Source: an uncultured delta proteobacterium
Lineage (GTDB): Bacteria; Desulfobacterota; BSN033; UBA1163
NCBI GenBank assembly: GCA_963827685.1
Contig: CAWHBU010000002.1
Span: 512,001-576,000 of the forward strand
DNA: 64,000 nt
Reading direction: 5' to 3'
In this document: in pieces, positions 32,108 through 39,823 of the stretch
How positions within the stretch are numbered: the first letter of the stretch is position 1
Layout: each line of letters begins with the position of its first letter
Made by a program: the position numbers and the translations under genes
Notes under the pieces: model-generated
Seen by the model: only the letters and a program-made list of their open reading frames with translations
What the model was told of the DNA's origin: nothing
The model's database searches: none

Positions 32108-32815
32108 TTATCTTTCCAGTCTCTTCAATAGAGAAGGAGGAAGGGGCATTGGCGTGTATTCAACGTTGTCCGCTGCAAAGCTCGTACGGGCACTCGTACC
32201 AGGGTACCCGCTGATAAACAGCTTTTGGGACGGATTCCAGTTCGGAGTTACTTTTGGACCTACTCGCTGCCACCCTTTCTCAGGGTTTAATCCATCGTTG
32301 TAGAAAAAACTTATTGTTGAACCGTCGTAGTACAATCCAAGCTGACCAGAACCATCCGCTGTGGGAAGATACCACAGTTGAAGCGTGTTGTTTGAGAAAT
32401 AGTTTGCCTCAAAGTATCCTCCGGTACTAGCTCTGCCCCGCAACATCCTCACATAATTGTCTCTCGACCCAAGACCCAACGCGGCAAACGAACCCTGGCT
32501 CCGTCCGGGTGGGGCATCGTTGGTAGAGTAAAAGCTGTAAAACTCTATTCTGAAGAAACCAGCCGTAAATGACATCGTCGATACGAGGCTCGCGTGCGCA
32601 TCCTTTTTGCAGGAGAAATGCAAGCGACCGTTGGACTGAGAGAAAAGACCTGGAGTACCAGATATCGTCCATTTGCTGGTATCAATACCATCGCTACTGA
32701 AATCATCGTAGACGATAGCCCCTGCAGTACTGCAAAGCAACAAGGATACAGCGACAAAGTTCGACAGCAGGGAAATTAGAGCTTTTGCAGGTGAAGGCAC
32801 AAAGTTATGTTTCAT
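32108..32815 (-). CDS. Hypothetical secreted beta-rich protein
   Basis: Signal-like segment then YDDFS...W; start taken at MKHNF. Confidence 0.7.
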   Translation of the reverse strand: MKHNFVPSPAKALISLLSNFVAVSLLLCSTAGAIVYDDFSSDGIDTSKWTISGTPGLFSQSNGRLHFSCKKDAHASLVSTMSFTAGFFRIEFYSFYSTNDAPPGRSQGSFAALGLGSRDNYVRMLRGRASTGGYFEANYFSNNTLQLWYLPTADGSGQLGLYYDGSTISFFYNDGLNPEKGWQRVGPKVTPNWNPSQKLFISGYPGTSARTSFAADNVEYTPMPLPPSLLKRLER

Positions 32816-33122
32816 ATTCTTACCCCTTGTTGTTGACTCTGTCTCTGGCAATCCGGCTGTTTTGCCAATGACTGGGCTGGGCAGGCTAACCGAGACCCGT
32901 CGGTTTTCCCTCCCATCTTCGCAGAGGTCTGATTTTTTCAGATCGTCCCTATCATTATTCAAAATATACAGATTGTCAAGCAAAAGTGAAGCATGTGAAG
33001 AAGTAAATTCATGTCGCTTTCAAATGGGAATCTTCACTTGGTTTTAGGGGCTGCAAGTAAGTAGTTGTACGTGAGCTCGGCAATCAGTGGGTTGGCCTCT
33101 TCTTGGTGCGAGGGCTACATAG

Positions 33123-34565
33123 TTATTCAATTCCTACGATGCGTTTGGCCCAGCGTTTCTTCTGCTCAAGGTTGCCCAACCGGCCATACATGACCTTTTG
33201 GGTTTGAGGCGATCCTGCGCCATGCATGGACTCGACCAGGGCGGTCCCTCCGCTCATATTTTCAATGAGCCTGAGAATCTTCATACGATGTTCAACAGGG
33301 ATCCCTTTAGCGCCTGCTAAGTATTTCTTCACGTATCGGCCCACCTCGCTGCTCTCGAGATCACCCTGAAAGGGCATGGTCGCAACGATTCCCCCGGCGA
33401 TATCATGGGCCAGGCGAGCAATTTCATAGATGTGGCGTGTGACATTATGTTTTGTTGTATTGGCTAAAAGAGGATCCGGATAATAAGCTCCAGAAGCGGT
33501 CTTGTACCCCATCGCAGAACAGGCCACAGATCCTGAGTAGATTGTTTCGGCTAAGTGGATCATCTCGGCCAGCTTTTCCTTAATATGCGAAGCGCTGACC
33601 GTCCCCTGATACTCTGCGGCCAATGCAGTAGCCCCAACCAGAACATCGGAGACCCCTCCTTTGCAACCCCCATAGTTCTGCCGATGCAAAGTGGCAAATC
33701 GTTCCACCAGTAGTCCAGCCATGTCATATTCGCCGCAAAGAAAAACTCTCTCCCACGGGACAAAGACATTGTCAAAGATGATGAGGGCCTCCCCTCCAAC
33801 AAGCCCGTAGAGAGGGTTACCAACATCGATTCCTTCTTCAAACTTTCGCTCTTCATTCGTCTGGCGGCCGAAGATGAGAACGACACCTAGTGCATCGAGG
33901 GGAAAGGCGCAGGCCAAAGCATAGTCCTTATCTTCCTCCCTCATCGCCTGAGTGGGCATGATCAGAATCTCGTGGGAGTTAACACCTCCTGTCATGTGGG
34001 CTTTCGCTCCACGAATGACAATTCCGTCGGACCTTCGTTCAACGACGTGAGTGAAGAGGTCAGGGTCAGACTGCTTCGTAGGGGGGAGAGACCGGTCTCC
34101 TTTGACATCGGTCATCCCACCCACCAGCATCACATTGCTCTCCTGGACGTGGATAAGATACTTTTTAAATCGTTCGAAGTAATCCGTCCTATATTTTTGA
34201 TCAATATCATAAGTCGTCATGTAGGTGGCATTCAGGGCATCGAACCCCACGCATCGTTGAAAGCATGAGCCTGTTTCGTGGGCAATGAGACGGAGCATCT
34301 GAACCTTCTTAATGAGATCATCCACACTCTGATGAATGTGAGTGAATCGGTTAATCCTCTTGCCGGTCAAGCGGGAGGTGGCTGTCATCAAGTCCTCATG
34401 TTCAGGCCGAAGGGCGAGTTCATAGGTGAGGGCAGCAGAATTGATGTGCGGCCGAAGAGCAGGATGCTCCGTGACATCCTCCACTCGCTTCCCGTTGTAA
34501 TAGACCACATGATGAAGGTCTTTAAGACTCTGGATGTAATCCTCTTTTGTAACAATTCGTTTCAT
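33123..34565 (-). CDS. abfD: 4-hydroxybutyryl-CoA dehydratase/vinylacetyl-CoA isomerase
   Basis: CFQRCVG and HRQNYGGCK Fe-S ligands, TDVKGDRS, ESMHGAGSP. Confidence 0.88.
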   Translation of the reverse strand: MKRIVTKEDYIQSLKDLHHVVYYNGKRVEDVTEHPALRPHINSAALTYELALRPEHEDLMTATSRLTGKRINRFTHIHQSVDDLIKKVQMLRLIAHETGSCFQRCVGFDALNATYMTTYDIDQKYRTDYFERFKKYLIHVQESNVMLVGGMTDVKGDRSLPPTKQSDPDLFTHVVERRSDGIVIRGAKAHMTGGVNSHEILIMPTQAMREEDKDYALACAFPLDALGVVLIFGRQTNEERKFEEGIDVGNPLYGLVGGEALIIFDNVFVPWERVFLCGEYDMAGLLVERFATLHRQNYGGCKGGVSDVLVGATALAAEYQGTVSASHIKEKLAEMIHLAETIYSGSVACSAMGYKTASGAYYPDPLLANTTKHNVTRHIYEIARLAHDIAGGIVATMPFQGDLESSEVGRYVKKYLAGAKGIPVEHRMKILRLIENMSGGTALVESMHGAGSPQTQKVMYGRLGNLEQKKRWAKRIVGIE

Positions 34566-34719
34566 TTTTTCGCCTTCTCACCCCCTCCCTCTCCCCTCTG
34601 GGGAGAGGAGAAGGGTGAGGGGAATTTTCAAATGTCTTTGATTAGTTCTTATAAACTCATTATACCTGCATCTCCGTCAAAGCGCCAGCCATGCGTGCCG
34701 TCAGCTCTGGCAGGTCATC

Positions 34720-35007
34720 TCAATCGTCCTCTTGATCGAAAGCGGTCAACCATTTGATCAGGCTCTCAAAATCATTTTCTCCGAAGATCGACTGACAGGG
34801 AACCTCTAAGTTACTCGAGTTTTTATCGGCACAGGCTCGTGGGCATCCGCTCACGAGTACCATGATGTCAGAATCTTGTGGGTCGTGAACGGCAAAAATG
34901 AACCGGTTTTCTAATAAAGATTGGACCCGTTGAATCATCTCCACCCTTTCATAAAAAGGATTACATCCACCGCAATATCTGATTCCGACCCTCTTTTTCA
35001 CTTGCAT
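34720..35007 (-). CDS. Small Cys-motif protein (YCGGCNP...GCPRAC)
   Basis: Two CxxC-type motifs; upstream of abfD. Confidence 0.7.
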   Translation of the reverse strand: MQVKKRVGIRYCGGCNPFYERVEMIQRVQSLLENRFIFAVHDPQDSDIMVLVSGCPRACADKNSSNLEVPCQSIFGENDFESLIKWLTAFDQEDD

Positions 35008-35091
35008 CTATATAATATAAAATAAGGACACCCCCATTGAAAGAGGAAATGCCTACTTCCTTTCATCAAAAATTGTTTCCCACTTTCACTC

Positions 35092-35120
35092 TTGACAGCA
35101 ATCTAAGTATTATCTATACT
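35092..35120 (+). promoter_or_regulatory. Sigma-70 promoter TTGACA-N17-TATACT
   Basis: Near-consensus boxes and spacing, upstream of small ORF 35217. Confidence 0.65.
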
Positions 35121-35216
35121 GCATCAGAATGTAATGATATAAATATAGATCTTAGTCTTACGACATCCATTTGCAAGGAGAGTCCCTATTTAAAATAAGC
35201 CGGAGGAGGAATTAAG

Positions 35217-35375
35217 ATGGATAAGAAGACTCAACCACTTGTCAGTAAAGAGATGATTTATGTGTGTTTGGCGTTTATCGGCTTGCTAATATTGCTGATG
35301 GTGCTTGGTTCAACGCAATGGGGTTTAAAGGAAATGTTGCAGCTTTGGGTTTCAGGGTTCAAATCTTTATTTTAA
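35217..35375 (+). CDS. 52-aa single-pass membrane peptide (below the ORF-track cutoff)
   Basis: GGAGGAGG RBS; MDKKTQPLVSKEMIYVCLAFIGLLILLMVLGSTQWGLKEMLQLWVSGFKSLF. Confidence 0.65.
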   Translation: MDKKTQPLVSKEMIYVCLAFIGLLILLMVLGSTQWGLKEMLQLWVSGFKSLF

Positions 35376-35741
35376 AATAGGGGGGTACAGCGCTTTTAAA
35401 ATAGGGACGCATCCCATTTATTATCGAGGGGATGGGAACAGGGGATGTGTCCCTATTTTTCTCAACACGAACTAGGATTTTCGCTTTGCTTCAATGCCAG
35501 CCGGTTAAGGACGGCTTAGTTATTGACATTATGCTCCTTGTAATTCAAGGCCCCATTTAATTTCTTTCAGGGAAGAACGATTTCGTCGAATAAACAGTCC
35601 TAACAAATCACTGGGACATGAAGTGATGGGAATCCAAAATATACGTCCCCTCTCTATATTCAGGACGCGTCTCCTTTAGTAATGCGATCCAGTTTAACCA
35701 AACCCTCAAGCCTTAAAGGTGAATTAGAAAGGAGTTGTTAA

Positions 35742-36554
35742 ATGATCGACTCACACACCCATATCTTCCCGGATAAGGTTGCTCCCAAAGTCGTTGAAAA
35801 ATTCCGGACTGCAATAGGGGACGCAATTGCGCTTTTTGGAGATTTCACCCTGAAGGATATAAAAGCGTACATGGACAGATGCGGAATCGAGGCGGTCGTG
35901 ACCTTCTGCGTGGCGGAAAAGCCCGAAGTAGTGGTTGCAGCGAATAACTTTCTCATTGAGATCAATGATAACCGGACCATCTTTGGCTTCGGTACCATCC
36001 TCCCGAATATGGAAGACCCGGTAGGAGAGGTAAGAAGGATTGAAGAAAAAGGGCTCAAGGGAATCAAGTTTCATTCCCTCTTCCAGCCCATCCGGGCTAA
36101 AGATGAAAACCTCGTTCCCATTTATGACGCTATGGCGAAAGCCGGTATGATTGCCTATTTCCATGTAGGAAAGGACCCTGTACACCCTTCCCATCCTCCC
36201 GGAACCAGCCCTCAAGATATCGCCCGTCTCCGAGAACGCTTCCCCGCTCTAAAGATTGTAGCCGCTCATTTCGGTGGTCTCTTCATGCTGGATGAGGCTC
36301 GGAAATGGATTATTGGCAAAGATATCTATATTGACACCTGTTGGGGGCCGAATGTTCAAAGCCTGGAGTCGGGTGTAGTGGTAGATCTCATCCGTCAGCA
36401 TGGGGCGGGGAAAGTCCTCTTTGCCACCGATTATCCTTCCACCACTGATCCCGCGCCTCAGATCAAGTGGTTCAAAGAACTTCCCTTGGAAGAAAAGGAA
36501 AAACAATTAATTTTTGGGGAAAATGCCCGTCGGCTTCTGGGGTTTTCTGGATGA
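35742..36554 (+). CDS. Amidohydrolase_2 family metallohydrolase
   Basis: IDSHTH, KGIKFH, FHVG, AHFGG, FATDYP. Confidence 0.92.
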   Translation: MIDSHTHIFPDKVAPKVVEKFRTAIGDAIALFGDFTLKDIKAYMDRCGIEAVVTFCVAEKPEVVVAANNFLIEINDNRTIFGFGTILPNMEDPVGEVRRIEEKGLKGIKFHSLFQPIRAKDENLVPIYDAMAKAGMIAYFHVGKDPVHPSHPPGTSPQDIARLRERFPALKIVAAHFGGLFMLDEARKWIIGKDIYIDTCWGPNVQSLESGVVVDLIRQHGAGKVLFATDYPSTTDPAPQIKWFKELPLEEKEKQLIFGENARRLLGFSG

Positions 36555-36653
36555 ATTCTTTACAGGTACTCATAGTAAACGGTTGGTTCAGTGTCTGTTT
36601 AAGATTTGATTGAGATCCAAGAAAGCGCTTTTGTCAGCAGAAGAATGGTTCTC

Positions 36654-36757
36654 TCACAAACCATCCAGTGGACTTCTTATTTCATAGCATTTCTTCCGTA
36701 TCACATGAGTGTAAATTATGGTCGTATTCACATGCCTAGGCCTAAAAAGTTCTGAAT
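36654..36757 (-). pseudogene. intI: C-terminal stub of an integron integrase
   Basis: Minus strand IQNFLG/(frameshift)RHVNTTIIYTHVIRKKCYEIRSPLDGL* matches the IntI tail IQELLGH.DV.TTMIYTHV.......RSPLD; divergent from the cassettes. Confidence 0.8.
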
Positions 36758-36789
36758 TCTCTTCGTTGTATTCTTGATCGGTGAATTGT

Positions 36790-36818
36790 TTGACAAATCC
36801 AATTAGTACGTATAGGAT
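36790..36818 (+). promoter_or_regulatory. Pc-like cassette promoter TTGACA-N17-TAGGAT
   Basis: Sits between the intI stub and the first GTT core. Confidence 0.65.
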
Positions 36819-36824
36819 TTTAGG

Positions 36825-36857
36825 AAATTACAGCCCGCAATCCAATTATTGTTAGGC
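36825..36857 (+). other. attI-like site; core GTTAGGC at 36851-36857
   Basis: GTTAGGC is the exact complement of the first attC inverse core GCCTAAC (37644). Confidence 0.6.
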
Positions 36858-36884
36858 CATAAAATATTAAAAAGGAATTGGTTT

Positions 36885-37304
36885 ATGGTCTGGATGATCG
36901 CAATAGTACTAATGGTAATTGTGGTGGTAGTGCTTTTCTTTCTGGTGGACACAGGCCGAATGAAAAGAATGCAGTCAGAAATAAGGACGGCATATATAGA
37001 AGAGGGTTTACCGTATGATGAAGCAAACAAGGTGGCGTGGTATCTTATAGATATGTTCATTTATATGAGAAAAAATAAAGACCCTAAATTGGCAAAAATG
37101 GTGATGAACTCTACAATGACTGTTTTTAGACAACGACTGTACAAGAACGATGCATATGACGGCAACTTTACGGCCAGGATGCAAGTTGAGGGTATCAGAG
37201 ATGCCTGCCTTATTTTCGATAGGCCTGTTATTGAAGCAGCAGATTTGATGTATTCATCTGTAGTTTCCAGTTATGAGGCATACTTAAAACAAAAATCTAC
37301 CTGA
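36885..37304 (+). CDS. Cassette 1 gene A, N-terminally anchored hypothetical protein
   Basis: AAGGA RBS, hydrophobic N-terminus. Confidence 0.7.
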   Translation: MVWMIAIVLMVIVVVVLFFLVDTGRMKRMQSEIRTAYIEEGLPYDEANKVAWYLIDMFIYMRKNKDPKLAKMVMNSTMTVFRQRLYKNDAYDGNFTARMQVEGIRDACLIFDRPVIEAADLMYSSVVSSYEAYLKQKST

Positions 37305-37353
37305 GCACGATGACCACTTAAAAAAACAGGAATGTATGAGTCTGGGAGGCTTT

Positions 37354-37617
37354 ATGGAAAACTGTTATCTTTGTGAGGCAAAAGCAGAAATTGAGGAAAA
37401 AGGCGACGGGTTAAACGTAATATGCTCCGGAGAGTGTGGTCCTGGGCCGTATGTTATATCTCGTTTAGAGTTGAACAATGTTAGAGGAATACGTGGCTCA
37501 ATAATTCATGGCAGAAAACAAAATGTCTTTGATGGCATAAAAAAACTCCGGAAGAAAGATCCTTATCGCCTGATATTAATACATGACAATAAAGTTGAGT
37601 TCGCTACATCCAAATGA
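37354..37617 (+). CDS. Cassette 1 gene B, zinc-ribbon-like protein
   Basis: GGAGG RBS; CYLC...CSGEC. Confidence 0.7.
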   Translation: MENCYLCEAKAEIEEKGDGLNVICSGECGPGPYVISRLELNNVRGIRGSIIHGRKQNVFDGIKKLRKKDPYRLILIHDNKVEFATSK

Positions 37618-37643
37618 ATAATATACAAGAAGTGAAAAACAGC

Positions 37644-37734
37644 GCCTAACACAGCCTTCAACCAGAGGCGGAATAAGCCTGGACTTTTTTTCATTTTGGC
37701 TGGTTGCCCGCGCTGGTTAAGGCCATCGTTCGGT
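37644..37734 (+). other. attC site 1
   Basis: GCCTAAC...gccttcaaccag / ctggttaaggc...GTTCGGT with one extra-helical base. Confidence 0.85.
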
Positions 37735-37760
37735 GATGGAAGAAAGGAGACAAGAGCAAC

Positions 37761-38342
37761 ATGGGCCTGAACTGGGTTGAGGATTTGGTCTCCCACCTGT
37801 ACCAGTTACGTGGGTACTTGGTCATCCAGAACGAAGACCTGCCAATGCCGAGAACCGATACCCGCTCGGTGCGTGGGCATTCCGACATTGATATCGTTGC
37901 CATAAAAGACGGTGAGGTTGTCCACATTGAATGCCAGAGTTGGTGGGGGCCGAAGAAAGACGACCAGCAGGAATTGAATCGTCTCAAAGCCCGATTCGAC
38001 AACGCTCCCCAGAGACTCCGCGACAGGTACAGATTTCTTGGGGGCTATCAGTTTCCGCGAGTCTTTGTGACCAGTGGCAAACCTAAACGGGGCCGAGGAA
38101 ACGGACCTTGGGATCGCCTCCAGCAATTCTGCACGCAGAACCAAATCCAGCTTGTCGAGATCAACACTATCGTCCGCGACCTGATCGCGGAACTCAAGAC
38201 GAGATACCCCAAATCCGAGAGAGTTGGGAAAGAAGAGGGAATCGCACGGTTTCTCCTGCATCTCATCCACAACGGCTTTCTTGCGGACTGCCAGATCGAA
38301 ACAGACAATGCACCGAACAACGGCGTCGAGCCTATTCGGTGA
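37761..38342 (+). CDS. Cassette 2: PD-(D/E)xK-fold nuclease-like protein
   Basis: E..V...Y..RGY, SDIDIVAIK...HIECQS; stop falls inside attC2. Confidence 0.75.
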   Translation: MGLNWVEDLVSHLYQLRGYLVIQNEDLPMPRTDTRSVRGHSDIDIVAIKDGEVVHIECQSWWGPKKDDQQELNRLKARFDNAPQRLRDRYRFLGGYQFPRVFVTSGKPKRGRGNGPWDRLQQFCTQNQIQLVEINTIVRDLIAELKTRYPKSERVGKEEGIARFLLHLIHNGFLADCQIETDNAPNNGVEPIR

Positions 38343-38384
38343 CCAGCAGACGGGTCACCTTAAGGCTCACGCCGGGCGTTATGT
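38312..38384 (+). other. attC site 2
   Basis: ACCGAAC (complement of GTTCGGT)...cggcgtcgagcct / aggctcacgccg...GTTATGT. Confidence 0.85.
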
Positions 38385-38402
38385 AATGAAAAGGAGAATA
38401 CG

Positions 38403-38864
38403 ATGAAGTGGGCTGACCAATTTGCTAAAGAAGCAAATGAACAAGGCCTGATTTGTGCAGTTACCAACCGTGTTCATGGCTGGCCGGAAACAATCATGGT
38501 TCATGGAAAAAAATGCTTTGCCAAATCTATAACGTACAACGTTTCTCGGAACCTGTATTTTGAAGGTGTCGATACGAAGAAATTGGATGACAAAGGAGAT
38601 TTTGTGATTCTATGTGGTGGCATAAACAACAAATTAAGAGACATTTTTATAATCCCCTGGAAAGTCTTTTTTCAAACTTTAAAAGAAGGTAAACCAGTAA
38701 ACACGTATAAACCGCCAAAAGAATACTTGCAGTTTAAATTGTACGTTAAAAACAAAAACGGGAAATGGATCATGACGGTACAAGGAGGCCGTAGACCTGA
38801 GATAGATGTGAGCGATTGCCGGTATCATTCTAACGAAGCGATTGAGCAATTGAAGCACGCTTAA
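38403..38864 (+). CDS. Cassette 3: hypothetical protein
   Basis: AGGAG RBS just after GTTATGT; ends before attC3. Confidence 0.75.
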   Translation: MKWADQFAKEANEQGLICAVTNRVHGWPETIMVHGKKCFAKSITYNVSRNLYFEGVDTKKLDDKGDFVILCGGINNKLRDIFIIPWKVFFQTLKEGKPVNTYKPPKEYLQFKLYVKNKNGKWIMTVQGGRRPEIDVSDCRYHSNEAIEQLKHA

Positions 38865-38882
38865 TGGTACTTCAAAAAACCC

Positions 38883-38968
38883 ACATAACAAGTCAATCAA
38901 GGCGACGGGTGATAGCCCTGTGCCTTTTGCGGAGGCTGGTTGCCCCCGCGCCTTATTTCTGACCCGGC
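38883..38968 (+). other. attC site 3 with degenerate right core
   Basis: ACATAAC (complement of GTTATGT)...aaggcgacggg / cccgcgcctt; shares ggctggttgccc with attC1. Confidence 0.7.
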
Positions 38969-39144
38969 GCCTGACGGTAGAAATCAATAATAAAATAAAC
39001 CAAACGGCAATTGGCGCCGAACAAAGCGCTACCTTTAGGTGAGTTGACAGTGGCCTGCTGACTGGCCCCCCCACTATGCCAAACCTATCCGTTTGTCAAA
39101 ATTGACCTTGACATACAAAGAGCGCCATTGATCGAGATAAGGGC

Positions 39145-39822
39145 ATGGAGAAAATACTAATAAAGAAACTAAAATCCCTCTCTAATCCCGAAGCTGTCGC
39201 AGGGATGGCACGGTTCGGAATTAACCCGAAGAACACGTATGGAGTATCTATTCCTGTTCTGAGAAAGATGGCTAAGCAAATTGGCCAAAATCATCTGCTC
39301 GCTCAAAGACTTTGGAGCTCAGGTATTCATGAAGCCCGGATTCTTGCTGGCATGATCGATCCTCCGGAAGAGGTAACCGAGAAGCAGATGGAGAAGTGGG
39401 TTAGAGATTTCGACTCCTGGGATGTGTGTGATCAGGTTTGCAGTAATCTCTTTGACCGAACGAAGTTTGCTCATGAAAAGGCAACTGATTGGAGTGAAAG
39501 AGGAGAAGAGTTTGTCAAAAGGGCAGGGTTCGTCTTGATGGCGGCATTGGCCGTTCATGATAAGGAAGCGGGGGATAAAGCATTCTTGAAATTTCTTCCC
39601 ATCATTAAAAGGGAAGCCCGGGATGAGAGGAATTTTGTCAAAAAGGCTGTAAACTGGGCGTTAAGACAGATTGGGAAAAGAAACCTACCCTTGAATCAGA
39701 TGGCTATTAAGACCGCAAGGGAGATTCAAGGGATCGATTCAAAAGCTGGGAAGTGGATTGCCTCCGATGCTATTCGGGAACTGACTTCTGAAGCGGTCCG
39801 AAAGAGATTGCAGCGCGGATAA
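39145..39822 (+). CDS. DNA alkylation repair protein (AlkD-like HEAT repeat)
   Basis: YGVSIP.LR, DSWDVCD, DERNFVKKAVNWALRQIGK. Confidence 0.9.
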   Translation: MEKILIKKLKSLSNPEAVAGMARFGINPKNTYGVSIPVLRKMAKQIGQNHLLAQRLWSSGIHEARILAGMIDPPEEVTEKQMEKWVRDFDSWDVCDQVCSNLFDRTKFAHEKATDWSERGEEFVKRAGFVLMAALAVHDKEAGDKAFLKFLPIIKREARDERNFVKKAVNWALRQIGKRNLPLNQMAIKTAREIQGIDSKAGKWIASDAIRELTSEAVRKRLQRG

Positions 39823-39823
39823 A

